From the NCBI RefSeq assembly GCF_004010195.1, contig NC_057749.1:22200738-22264737 (forward strand): 64,000 bases of DNA. Direction: 5' to 3'. The position numbers and the translations under genes were made by a program. The DNA is from Chiloscyllium plagiosum (taxonomy: Eukaryota). The number at the start of each line of letters is the position of its first letter. Positions within the stretch are counted from its first letter, which is position 1. Positions 51,911-63,754 of this stretch are shown here, piece after piece. The notes under the pieces were generated by a model, which saw nothing but the letters and a program-made list of their open reading frames with translations, made no database searches and had not been told where the DNA came from.

Positions 51911-52532
51911 AAAAGCTTAAATACACTGACCAATGGATTCAAGAACAGCTTCTTCCTCGGGATTATCAGACTTCTGAAAGGACCTCGCAAATTTTAAATT
52001 TAATGGTGACCTTGCTCTTTGTGCACCTTCTCCGCAGCATAACATTGTATTCCTCGCTCTGTTCAATTACCACAATGCACTTTGTATGGCATGATCTGCC
52101 AGTACTGCACACAAAACAAAACGTTTCACTGTACTTAGGTGCATACAAGGATAAATCAAACCAAATCAAAATCAAGGACATCCTTGTATTCACCTACAAA
52201 GTGGACCGATCCCCTGCCTACAAAAAAACATTCTGCTACACCATCACCAACCTGGAAGAAATTCTTGCCACATCCTGCCTTCAACCAACCGGACACCAAC
52301 TTCCTAGAGTCCAAGAATATCCCCAAAACGGGAAACTGCATTTCAATGCAGTGACGTCGCATCATAATGAGGATGTTGATGCAAATAGTCCGCTCAACCT
52401 GTCTCGTCATTCAACACCAAGTTGGAAAATGGGTCTCTTTACTCCTCACTGTTCTCCTCATGCAATTCCCCCAACCTTCTCATTGTTTAATGTCTGGGAA
52501 GATGCTGTGCATCGTGTCTGATGTTCAATAGT

Positions 52533-52853
52533 TTTATTTCTCTCCTATGCAACGTGCAATAAATTCAAAATGTTTGTCATTTCAGAAACTGTGTTACAGT
52601 AATAATCCAATTTCTTTATTTTGTATAAAAAGACATTGCGGCTTGATAGCAAAATGCATTTCCAGACTAAGTACTGCACTACATGCAACATCTTATGTAT
52701 GTGCCTGAAAACACTTCATCCTGCAAATCTCCTGTGTTGAGCTACGGGTGAACAAACTGTGCCAGTTCACACATTGGATCCTTTTGATCTCAAACCTCAA
52801 AACAGCATGCGGTGGTTCTGAGATGAGATGTAGCTCAAGTTCAAAGCTTTATT
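52533..52853 (-). terminator. Candidate polyadenylation signals of the annexin 3' UTR
   Basis: AATAAA on the minus strand at 52848-52853, 52615-52620 and 52533-52538, in AT-rich non-repeat sequence 240-560 nt after the stop. Which one is used cannot be told. Confidence 0.5.
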
Positions 52854-53088
52854 TCCAGTTAACAACAGGTAAGATATTTGCAGTTTTTCAAAGATTGACT
52901 GATTTATGGTAGAGAATTTTTCAAGCACAAACTTGTTACAGTTAACTAATGTAATACTTGACTTTTACACAGACACAGTGAGGAAGGTTAAGTGGTTTAA
53001 TCCGACAGGGTCCCCTCACAGCTTTATGGAGCAATTCTTTGACTTAAGAGTAGGTACGGAATTGGAATTCCTGTCTGAGATGACGCCT

Positions 53089-53148
53089 CTAATCATCACC
53101 TCTGCACAGAGCCAGTAGGACTCGTTGGTAATCGTCTTTTGTAGAAGC
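53089..53148 (-). CDS. Annexin terminal coding exon, ASTKDDYQRVLLALCRGDD*
   Basis: tttctgttttag acceptor, in frame to TAG at 53091-53089. Matches the ANXA2 C-terminus QDTKGDYQKALLYLCGGDD*. Confidence 0.95.
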   Translation of the reverse strand, partial: ASTKDDYQRVLLALCRGDD

Positions 53149-53244
53149 CTAAAACAGAAAGGTATGAGCACGGGTTAGACACAGCTTTGGACGTGGACAA
53201 GTATTTCTGAAAAGGAGAATATTGCAGAAGCTGGAAATCCGAAA

Positions 53245-53567
53245 CAGAGTCATAGAGTCTTAGAGATGTACAGCAGGGAAACAGACCTTTCGGCCCAACC
53301 CGTCCATACCAACCAAATATCCCAACCCAATCTAGTCCCACCTGCCAGTACCCGGCCCATATCCCTCCAAACCCTTCCTATTCATATACCCATCCAAATG
53401 CCTCTTAAATGTTGCAATTGTACCAGCCTCCACCACATCCTCTGGCAGCTTATTCCATACCACCCTCTGTGTGAAAAAGTTGCCCCTTAGGTCTCTTTTA
53501 TATCTTTCCCCTCTCACCCTAAACCTATGCCCTCTAGTTCTGGACTCCCTCGCCCCAAGAAAAAGAT
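53245..53567 (-). mobile_element. HER1-like CR1 3' end in the last annexin intron
   Basis: ORF 53332-53517 and ctatgact tail. Confidence 0.85.
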
Positions 53568-53799
53568 CTGGAAAGCACTTAACAGCTTTACCAGACTCAG
53601 TATGAAGTTGAACAACTTTAAACCATAATTCTGGTCCATCTAATTTCTTTGCTTCTTTGAGTATGTTACTTCAGTCAGCAGGTACTATCAGTCTTTTGTT
53701 TCACTCCCTGTGCTGTCACCCTTGCCCCTGGAAGAACAATCCTTTTGTCATTCAATCTCTCCTGTCTTAACGCAGATGTTCATTTTCATAGAACCCCTA

Positions 53800-54465
53800 C
53801 TGTGTTGAAGTTAGTCACTCAGCCCATTGAGTCCATACCATCTGTCCAAAGAGTATCCCATTCAGAACACTCCCCGACACCACCCCTTATCACCTTGCAT
53901 TTCTCATGGCTAACCCACCTAACCTGCACATCCTTGGAGTGTGGGAAGGAACCAGACCACCCAGAGGAAACTCACGCAGACACAGGGAGAATGTGCAAAC
54001 TCCACACAGTCACCTGAGGCTGGAATCGAATCTGCGTCCCTAGTGCTGTGAGGCTGCTGTGCTAACCACTGAGCCACCATGCCACCCTTTTGCCCTGTCT
54101 CACCCATCCCTTGTTTGGAACCAATTGTGGTGGCACGGTGGCACAGTGGTTAGCACTGCTGCCTCACAGCACCAACGACCTGGGTTCGATTCCAGCCTCG
54201 AGCGACTGACTGTGTGGAGTTCGCACATTCTCCCCGTATCTATATGGGTTTCCTCCAGGCGCTCCGATTTCCTCCCGCAATCCAAAGATGTGCAGATCAG
54301 GTGAATTGGCCATGCTAAATTGCCTGTAGTGTTCAGGGATGTGTAGTTTAGGGCATTAAATGTAGAGTAATGTGGAATGGATTTGGGTAGGTTACTCTTC
54401 AGAGGGTTGGTGTGGACGTATTGGGCTGAAGGGCCTGTTTCCACACCATAGGGATTCTATCCTAT
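53800..54465. mobile_element. Head-to-head HE1 SINE pair (53800-54090 -, 54128-54465 +)
   Basis: Two tRNA-like heads diverging about 40 bp apart. Confidence 0.85.
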
Positions 54466-55892
54466 TAATCCCTAGCTTTTCCCTATTCTGATAAAAAGTA
54501 GTACACCTGAATCATGAACTCTATTTCTGTCTCCACTGAAGCTGCAAGAACTGATGAGTATTTCCAGCAATTTTGTCCAAACTTTCAAATGTATTGCTCA
54601 CAAGGAATGATGTATTACTGTCAGACCTGCTGAGTTTCTCCAGCAATTTCTGCTTTTGCTCTGGACCTCCAGTATCCGCGGTTGTTTAGTTACTTGTTGG
54701 TGATGCCCTCACTGTCTTTGCCAAAGAACCACTGCTTTGTCTGGTTAGGATCAGTGAGGATTATATTCACATGAGTTCAGAAGAGTAAGGGGTTGGTTTC
54801 CTGGAAACGTATGGAATTCTAACAGGACTCAACAGGGTCAACACTGGAAGGGTGGCTCCAGAGGCTGGGGAGTCCAGAATCAGGGGGTCACAGTCTCAGG
54901 ATATGGGTCGGGCCATTTAGGAGTGAGATGAGGAGAAATGTCTTCATCCAGAGAGTGGGTGTGCCTCTGGAATTCTCTGCCACAGAAAGAAATTGAGACC
55001 AATGTTTTCAAGGAGTTAGATATAATTAGATATAATTCCCAGGTTTCCTCCCACAGTCCAAAGATGTGCAGGTCAGGTGAATTGGCCATGCTAAATTGCC
55101 CGTAGTGTTAGGTAAGGGGTAAATGTAGGGGTATGGGTGGTTTGCGCTTCGGCGGGTCGGTGTGGACTTGTTGGGCCGAAGGGCCTGTTTCCACACTGTA
55201 AAGTAATCTGATCTAATCTAATCGAAAGGATTGAAGGGCATGGGGGAAAGCAGGAGTTAGTTAAAACAAAAGAGCTGCGAATGCTGAAGATCTGTAAGAG
55301 AAAGAGAAACTGCTGGAGAAACTCAGCAGGTCTGGCAGTGTCTGTGGAGAGGAAAAAAAAAACTGAGTTAGCGTTTCGAGTCCTGGACTTTCTTTAGAAC
55401 TGAGTTGGATGGTCAGCTATGATCATACTGATGGGCCGAATCACCTACTCCCTGCTCCTATTTTTGATGTGTCTATGTTCAGAGAGAGGTTCATTCATGT
55501 AACTGGTAAAACCTGTGACATTGTCCCAGCGTCCGTGCATTTAGTTGAGTGGTTAGATACACATGTTCACATGCCGTTTAGTACGAACATCCTGACCTGC
55601 AACTTCCCTGCTTTTTGAAAGACTTGTCAAAAATAACAATAATCTTAAATCGAGGAGAATTATCTTTCAAAAATAACTTACAGTTCAATATCACCAATGC
55701 GCAGGGGTTATTAAAACTGAATTCATGAAAAATATGGAAACTTCCTGGAAATCCTGAGAACAGTACAGACAAAATGGCTTCCTGTTTGCAATTCCATGAT
55801 GTGCAATGACCCACTGAAGACACTGCCTTTTATATGCACTGCTGGCAAGGCAGTGATTCACAACAGATAACACACTGTCCAGTGTGGGCTAC

Positions 55893-56095
55893 GAGAAAGT
55901 GAGGACTGCAGATGCTGGAGATCAGAGTAGAGAGAGAGCTGCTGGAAAAGCGCAGCAGGTCTGGAAGCATCCGAGGAGCAGGAGAATCGACGTTTCGGGC
56001 AAAAGCCCTTGATCAGGAACTGAAACGTCAACTCTCCTGCTCCTCAGAAGCTGCCTGACCTGCTGTGCTTTTCCAGCGCCACACTCTCAACTCTG
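55893..56095. mobile_element. Palindromic PLE-derived mini-element
   Basis: Inverted arms around a hammerhead-like core carrying a mutation (CTGATCA); flanks cagtgtggg / cagtatggg. Confidence 0.7.
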
Positions 56096-57077
56096 CTCAG
56101 TATGGGAACCAGCCTTCAGTATAGATATTCCTCCTCCTCGGAGATGGAACACTGTCCAGTTATCAGATGAGAACCTTCTGCGATGAGGATAGATTGATGA
56201 CTGTTCTCCTTGGAGAGGAGATCTAATAGAGGTTTTCAAAATCACCGATAGAGCTGATAGGGAGAAGCTACTCCTGGTCATAAAAGAGGGAACGAGAGGG
56301 CTAGGATTTAAAGTGAATGAAGCAAGGGCTGTTAGAGAGAAAAAAAACATTTCTCACACAGCGAGTGGTTTGGATACAGAATGCACTGCCTGGGATTGTG
56401 GAGGGGACAGGCTCAACTGAGGCATTTGGTGGATGATAATCGTTTGTACAGCCATGCAGACTGCATGCCTTCCTTCTGCCTCCGAATAATTCTGAAACTC
56501 ACAGCACCAACACTGTCAGATCTTTCACTGAAAGTGTCATGAGATTTTCCACCTTAAGTGTTACAGGATGCAGCAAGATCACCAGTAATCTCAGGATCCC
56601 TACAGTGTGGAAATCGGCCATTCGGCCCAACAAGTCCACACCGACCCTCTGAAGAGTATCCCACCCAGACCCATTCCCCTACTCTATTCCTCTGACTAAT
56701 GCTCCTAACCTACACGTCCCTGAACACCACGGGCAATTTAGCACGGCCATGTTGGAGAAAAATGTCAGAAGTCACATGGCACCAGGGTATAGTCGAACAG
56801 GTTTGTTTGAAATCACAAGCTTTCGGAGCCCTCTCATCAGCTCCTTCACCTCACTGTACTTGACCAAGGGGCAGCGCTCCGAAAACTTGCGATTTCAAAT
56901 ATAGCTGTTGGACTGTAACCTGGTGTCATGTGATGGGGAATGGAGAGGGTAAATAGACAAGGTCTTTTCCTTGGGGTGGGGGAGTCCAGAAAAGATTTAC
57001 AAGGATGTTGCCAGGGTTGGAGGATTTGAGCTGTAGGGAGAGGCTGAATAGGCTGGGGCTGTTTTTCCTGGAGTGTT

Positions 57078-57116
57078 NNNNNNNNNNNNNNNNNNNNNNN
57101 NNNNNNNNNNNNNNNN
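57078..57116. other. Assembly gap
   Basis: Run of N. Confidence 1.
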
Positions 57117-57392
57117 AACATTTAAAAGGCATCTGGATGGGTATATGAACAGGAAGGGTTTGGAGGGATATGGGCCGGGTGCTGGCAGGTGGGACTAGAT
57201 TAGATTGGGATATCTGGTCGGCATGGACGGGTTGGACCGAAGGGTCTGTTTCTGTGATGTATGTCACTATGACTCCTGACCTCGTCCATGTCAGTCCAAC
57301 ACTGGCACCTCCACATTATAGAAAAGCAGTATTACTGGATAGCTATTTGGCTGGGTAGTAGGCAGTAGGTTGATGGACCGATAGACACTTAC

Positions 57393-57512
57393 GGTTATAA
57401 ATTGGTGCAGGGATTTCCCAGTTTTCTTCTTAAACTCCTTCCTGATAAAGAGCAGGTCAATTTCTGAACGAGACACCATGATCCTTGTTAAAATATCCTT
57501 CTTGAAATTTCC
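57393..57512 (-). CDS. Annexin coding exon, 120 nt, [40 protein letters not shown] (repeat IV)
   Basis: tcctgtgcag acceptor and gtaagt donor; annexin signature [10 protein letters not shown]...GKSL. One codon shorter than the usual 123-nt exon. Confidence 0.96.
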
Positions 57513-57608
57513 CTGCACAGGACACACATGTCAGGTTAGCTTCCTCACCAGCCGTGGGTACTCAGTGCTTACATGGACACAGAGGTTTCAGATGTTGATA
57601 TATTTTAC

Positions 57609-57664
57609 CTGTAAGTTGGATAACTTTTCAGCAAAAAACGCTGGAGTGTTCAGGATACACTGCA
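57609..57664 (-). CDS. Annexin coding exon, 56 nt, (V)QCILNTPAFFAEKLSNLQ
   Basis: tctccctgcag acceptor and gtaaaa donor; frame continuous with both neighbours. One codon shorter than the usual 59-nt annexin exon. Confidence 0.93.
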
Positions 57665-58019
57665 CTGCAGGGAGACATAGAAAGGAAGCCATGATCAATT
57701 CAGTCCGCGAGGGATACATTGAGCTGAAGAATCAGCTGTGCCTCAAGATGACCTTACTTCTACATCAGGACCTGGGCATGCTCTGATTCTGCGGGGGCCT
57801 CAGGGCTGTGCTGCTCAATGGAACAATGAAACAGCCATCCCGGCATCAGATCCACCTATTTGTCAGCCCCCGCTGTGAGGGGACAGGCTGGTGTAAAGCA
57901 CATGAACTGCCCTTGTGGTCCCCGGGCCCTGATGGAGAACTGCAGGAGGCAGTGGACAGTCAACATGCAGAAGGTCAGCAAAGCCCAAGTCCAGACTGGT
58001 CTTCCATCCACATTGCCAC

Positions 58020-59350
58020 GCTGTTATCCAGGAGCAGGAGCAGGAGGCCGTTCAGCCCCAACACCATCCTATTGTACAAGGCCAGGAGGCCATTCAGCCT
58101 CTCACACTCCTGTTATACAGGGCCACCATGCCATTCAACCCCTCACGATCCTATTAAACAGGACCAGGAAGCCATTCAGCCCCCTTATCGTCCTGTTATA
58201 CAGGATCAGGAGCAGGCTCCACGCTGCTCCCCTCGCTCCCCAATGTCTTGATTCCCTCTCCCCTCTCTCCTCACTCCCCATCATTCCCTTCTCCCCTCAC
58301 TCCCCATCATTCCCTTCTCCCCTCACTCCCCACCATTCCCCCCTCCCCNNNNNNNNNNNNNNNNNNNNNNNNNNNNNNNNNNNNNNNNNNNNNNNNNNNN
58401 NNNNNNNNNNNNNNNNNNNNNNNNNNNNNNNNNNNNNNNNNNNNNNNNNNNNNNNNNNNNNNNNNNNNNNNNNNNNNNNNNNNNNNNNNNNNNNNNNNNN
58501 NNNNNNNNNNNNNNNNNNNNNNNNNNNNNNNNNNNNNNNNNNNNNNNNNNNNNNNNNNNNNNNNNNNNNNNNNNNNNNNNNNNNNNNNNNNNNNNNNNNN
58601 NNNNNNNNNNNNNNNNNNNNNNNNNNNNNNNNNNNNNNNNNNNNNNNNNNNNNNNNNNNNNNNNNNNNNNNNNNNNNNNNNNNNNNNNNNNNNNNNNNNN
58701 NNNNNNNNNNNNNNNNNNNNNNNNNNNNNNNNNNNNNNNNNNNNNNNNNNNNNNNNNNNNNNNNNNNNNNNNNNNNNNNNNNNNNNNNNNNNNNNNNNNN
58801 NNNNNNNNNNNNNNNNNNNNNNNNNNNNNNNNNNNNNNNNNNNNNNNNNNNNNNNNNNNNNNNNNNNNNNNNNNNNNNNNNNNNNNNNNNNNNNNNNNNN
58901 NNNNNNNNNNNNNNNNNNNNNNNNNNNNNNNNNNNNNNNNNNNNNNNNNNNNNNNNNNNNNNNNNNNNNNNNNNNNNNNNNNNNNNNNNNNNNNNNNNNN
59001 NNNNNNNNNNNNNNNNNNNNNNNNNNNNNNNNNNNNNNNNNNNNNNNNNNNNNNNNNNNNNNNNNNNNNNNNNNNNNNNNNNNNNNNNNNNNNNNNNNNN
59101 NNNNNNNNNNNNNNNNNNNNNNNNNNNNNNNNNNNNNNNNNNNNNNNNNNNNNNNNNNNNNNNNNNNNNNNNNNNNNNNNNNNNNNNNNNNNNNNNNNNN
59201 NNNNNNNNNNNNNNNNNNNNNNNNNNNNNNTCCCCTCACTCCCCATTATTCCCCTCTCCCCTCACCCCTCCCTCCCCATCATTCCCCTGTACACTCGCTC
59301 CCCACTGCTCCCCTCTCTCATCCACTCAACCCTCTGCCCTCCTGACCCTC
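58020..59350. repeat. ~41-bp degenerate tandem repeat (58020-58215) and pyrimidine-rich ~26-bp minisatellite flanking an assembly gap
   Basis: Repeating caggaggccattcagcc..cctgttata; ctccccatcattcccttctcccctca units on both sides of the N run. Confidence 0.7.
58349..59230. other. Assembly gap
   Basis: Run of N. Confidence 1.
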
Positions 59351-59830
59351 ATCATTCACTCTCTCAGCAACGTGACCAATCATTTCCCCTCTCCCGCAGA
59401 ACCGCTGAGCTAATGATTGTATTGCCTGTCTCTGGACACACGGTTGAAATCATCTCATAGGACAGTTTTACAATCCAAGTCCCATCCACTCCAGAGATGG
59501 GCAATGCCATGTTTGAGAGGTTGATTTGAAAATATCTAAAATGGTTGGATGTTGGGGCTCTTCAGGTGCAGTGACGCTACCTGTGGGCCATGGGTCCCAA
59601 GTTAAAGTCCCACCTACTCCAGAGGTATCTCTGGACAGGTTCGATTAAAAATATCTATAATGGCAGGACCTGTAGGTGCAGTGAGTGTTTCTACAGCAAA
59701 CACAAGCCCGTTCAAAATAAGGACAGGCCCGGTCCATCAGTAATTCCTCATCGTGACCTGGAACTGAATGTGTGTCTTACAGGAAGAGAAAACTCACAGC
59801 AATTGTGCAAAAAGACGAAGGCATACTTAC

Positions 59831-59926
59831 CCAGGGCCAAAAAGTTATTTTTCAGATCTTTCTTGACCTCACGCTCAACACTTTCCAACATATCATAGGA
59901 GCTGTAGCATTTATATCTTCCAAAAA
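59831..59926 (-). CDS. Annexin coding exon, 96 nt, (V)[31 protein letters not shown](V)
   Basis: ctctgtttag acceptor and gtaagt donor; canonical 96-nt annexin exon. Matches ANXA2 [32 protein letters not shown]. Confidence 0.96.
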
Positions 59927-60059
59927 CTAAACAGAGGAACAATCAATTCAGAATGTGGAAAATTGCCATTCTCCAGGAGAGCCTAATGTAACTGTGCGAA
60001 TCACTGTGAGTGACAGCTCTGATAAATACATGATACTGTCAATAATTTCCACTGATATT

Positions 60060-60610
60060 CTAAGAACAAAGAACAAAGAAAATGTAGAGCCCAGGAACAG
60101 GCCCTTCAGCCCTCCACAAGCCTGAGCTGATCCAAATCTACTGTCTAAACCTGTCACCCAATTCCTAAGCATTTGAATCCCTCTGCTCCCCACCTACTCA
60201 TGCATCTGTCCAGATGTATCTTAAAAGAATCTACCGCGCCTGCCTCTACTACCTTTGCTGGCAACGCGTTCCAGACACCCACCACCCTCCGTGTGAAGTA
60301 CTTACCACATATATCCCCCTCCACCTCTCACCTTGAAAGTGTGACCTCTCGTTATTGAATCCCTCACCCTGGGAAATAGCTTGTCTCTATCCACCCTGTC
60401 TATACCCTTCAGGATTTTGTAAACCTCAATCAGGCCCCCCCCCGCCTCAATCTCCTTTTTTCTAATGAAAATAAACCTAACCTACTCAACCTCTCTTCAT
60501 AGCTAGCACCTTCCATACCAGGCAACATCCTCATAAACCTTCTCTGCACCCTCCCCAAAGCGTCCACATCGTTTTGGTAATGTGGCGACCAGAACTGTAC
60601 ACAGTTCTAT
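60060..60610 (-). mobile_element. CR1 LINE 3' fragment with (TTCTTTG)n tail
   Basis: Same family as 33890-34770. Confidence 0.82.
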
Positions 60611-61164
60611 TGAGGCACACGGGCAGACTGAAACCAAATACAGCCACGATGAACCAAAATATTCACGATAAAAAAGTGCGTTTGTTGGCTTCCTCTTTCC
60701 TGTAATTGTGAGTAAGCGAGTGTGTGAAGGTGCGATGGTTCAGTATTTCCTATACTGTGTGCGTGTGTGTGTAAGTGTGAGTGTGTGCACTACTTCCTGT
60801 ACAGAGAGTGTGAGTTGGCTCACTGATTCCCAGATTGTGTGAGCATGAGCGACTGAGAGTGGGTATGAGTGGCCCCTGGTTTACTATTTCCTGTATTTTC
60901 TGGGTAAGAGATGGTGACAGGGCACAAGTGCAATGGTTCACTGTTTCCTGTGACAGCATCAGTGTGAGTGAATGACAATCTGCACTGTTTCAATAAATCC
61001 TGTACTGTGTGATTGTGTGAGGGTGTGACTTAAGTGTGAATTTGACAGGAGGAGTGACATGCTAACAAGGGAGGTAAACATTATGGAGGATAGATGGGAA
61101 CATGGAGCTGGCAACAAACCCATACTGAATGGTGAAGATAATTCGAAGACTAAACATCCTATTA

Positions 61165-62317
61165 TCATGAGTCGAAGAGTGTGGGGATGGAAAAGCATGG
61201 CAAGTCAGGCAGCATCTGAGGAGCAGGAGAGTCAACGTTTCGGGCAGAAGGCCTTCATCAGGAACGATGCTTGTGGGCCGGGGGGGCTGAGAGGGGGGGG
61301 GGGGGGGGGGGGAGGCGGACGAGAGATGAGGAAACTGGTGAAATCCACATTAACCCCGTGTGGTTGGAGGGTCCCAATGCAAAAGATGAGGCGTTCTTCC
61401 TCCAGGCGTCAGGTGGTTAGGGTTTGGCGATGGAGGAGGCCCAGGACCTGCATATCCTCAGCCAAGTGGGAGAGGAGTTGAAATGCTCAGCCACGGGGCC
61501 GGTGGGATTGTTTCATGCGTGTATCCCAGAGATGTTCTCTGAAGCGTTCCGCAAGTAGGCGTCCTGTCTGCCCAGTGTAGAGGAGACCACATTGAGAACA
61601 ACGGACACAGTAGATGATGCTTGTGGAAATGCAGGTAAATCTCTGTCAGATGTGGAAAGCTCCTTTGGGGCCTTGGACAGAGGTGAGGGGGCTGGTGTGG
61701 GTGCAGGAAGGTGCCGGAAGGGGACGGTGGGTTGATGGATGGGCGCGGACCTGACAAGGGAGCCACGGAGGGAATGGTTTTTATGGGACCCAGACAGGGT
61801 TGGGAGGGAAATATATCCCTGTGGTGGGGTCCATTTGTAAGTGGTGGAATGGTGGAGGATGATGCAACGTATATGGAGGTTGGTGGGATGGAGGGTGAGG
61901 ACAAAGGGGGGTTCTGTCCTTGTTGTGTTGGGAGGGGTAGGGTTTGAGGTCGGAGGTACGGGAAGTGGAGGAGATGTGCTGGAGGGAAACACGTAAATGT
62001 GAGAGTGGAAATTGAGGTGTTTAAAGAAGGAGGCCATCTGTTGTGTTCAGTGGTGGAATTAGTCCTCCTGGGAGCAGATGCAGAGGAGGAGTTGGGAATA
62101 AGGGATAGCTTTTTCACAGGAGGTAGGGTGGGAGAAGGTGCATCCAGGTCGCTGTGGGAGTCAGTGGGTTTGTTGTAGATGTCCATGTGGAGTCGGTCAC
62201 CATTAATGGAGATGGAGATATCCGGGAAGGGGAGAGAGGTGTCTGAGATGGTCCAGGTGAATTTAAGATCGAGGTGGAATGTGTTAATGAAGTTGAGGAA
62301 CTGTTCAACCTCCTTGT
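61165..62317 (-). mobile_element. Penelope-like element (RT C-terminus, GIY-YIG, hammerhead-like core) in an annexin intron
   Basis: LKFTWTISDTSLPFPDISISINGDRLHMDIYNKPTDSH; CTGATGA-aggccttctgccc-GAAACGTT at 61261-61234. Confidence 0.85.
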
Positions 62318-63197
62318 GGTTATGACCAGACCAAACCCCCTCAAACTATTCAGAAGATCCTGGAGACCTTAACTTTTTCTTAGTTTAAAGATACCTGTAA
62401 GGTGTTGTGTTCTGGATGCAATTTGATTGGTCAAACCACCAGATTTGAATCAAAACACTTTATCATCCACTGCAGTTAAAATACAACAAAAGAAAGAAGG
62501 TATTGGAATAACTATATTTGAACCCTAAACAGAGTAATAGACTATTTAACTACTAACCAGTAACGTTCCAATACAGACCCATAAATATTCCTCGCTAAGG
62601 CAAAATGGGTTGTCTCTCAGGCTATTCTCCAGTCCATGAGGAGAAACATCAAGAGAAAACACCAAGAGACAGATTAGCAGGGAGAGATGTATTGCAGGCC
62701 CCCAAACACAGCTTACACCACAGTGGCTCAGTGGTTAGCACCACTGCCTCATAGCACCAGGGTCCCAGGTTCAATTCCAGCCTCGGGTGACTCTCTGTGT
62801 GGAGTTTGCACATTCTCCCGGTGTCTGCATGGGTTTCCTCCCACAGTCCAAAGATGTGCAGGCCAGGTGAATTGGCCGTGCTAAATTGCCTATAGTATTA
62901 GGTGCATTAGTTGGGGGTGTGGGTTACTTTTTGGAGGGTCAGTGTGGACATGTTAGGCCGAAGGGCCTGTTTCCACACTGTAGGTAATATAATCTGCCAC
63001 TGACAAACTGAAAATAAAAATCCTGGTTCCTTGGGAGCTTGTTCCGCCCATTCAGGCTGCGTCTATTGTTCCAACCTTTTTTAAAAAGCCCCCAAGGCCT
63101 CACAATCTGTTTACTGTATGGGCTTTCCATAGACAGCTCACTGCCTCTCAGAGAAAACAAAACAAAATCCACCTCTTAAAGCTATCCTACCATCACT
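62318..63197. mobile_element. Probable solo LTR of a Gypsy-type element, interrupted by an HE1 SINE (~62718-62990)
   Basis: Starts near (t/g)gttatgaccagacc; ends cctcttaaag..catcac, resembling the LTR end at 20825-20865; non-coding. Confidence 0.45.
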
Positions 63198-63224
63198 GCT
63201 GCTCCTAATTGCTGTGTTTCATAC

Positions 63225-63318
63225 CTTTCCTCAGGTGAGGAATACTCCTCTCAGTCATTATAGTGATCCACTTGTCCGCATCAAAAGTACGGTTCTTCAC
63301 TGCAGCTTCATGCAGGGT
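63225..63318 (-). CDS. Annexin coding exon, 94 nt, TLHEAAVKNRTFDADKWITIMTERSIPHLRK(V)
   Basis: tttctcctcag acceptor and gtatga donor. Matches ANXA2 [31 protein letters not shown] in length and sequence. Confidence 0.95.
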
Positions 63319-63754
63319 CTGAGGAGAAACAATTCAACAATGAGCCACCTCCAAAATGGATGCAGTGCCCCACCCTCCCCGACTTTGCAACTTCCTCCTA
63401 GGCCTGTGGTCTGTAACCCAGTCCCAGGCTTGTGCACCCAGGATGGGGAGAGTCTGGCACAACATCCAAGGGGGGAACCAACGCGTCTGAAGCAACTGAA
63501 GCTACTGCAGGTCACCGAGCGAGAACGCAGTCAAATCAGTGGTTGCCACCATCTCCCACCACCCCAAGGTTGGGTTGGGGTGGGGAGGGGCGAAACGGGT
63601 TGGCTGGAAATGCTGGCTGCATCACTTCAAGTCTCACCAAACCCCCCAGGCTGAGGTACCCCAAAGCCAGCCAATCTGATGTCAAATCCATCGCTGGTTA
63701 TGGAGGGCGAGCAAGGGGTGGAGTTAACTGGCACATTATCGAGGATTAACCTAC

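Noticed and set aside
53096..53341. ORF-track protein overlapping the annexin end
   Set aside because: Wrong frame and it starts in a CR1 UTR; the real exon is 53089-53148.
56930..57275. Scrambled CR1 segment order
   Set aside because: Adjacent to an assembly gap with cagaa microhomology; likely mis-assembly or a trivial duplication.
57860..59413. Long ORFs (517, 365, 329, 310 aa etc.) here and at 47592-48581
   Set aside because: Their length comes from translating N gaps and low-complexity flanks.
61278..61315. Poly-G run / poly-Gly ORF
   Set aside because: Homopolymer inside the purine-rich part of a PLE; length unreliable and not coding.
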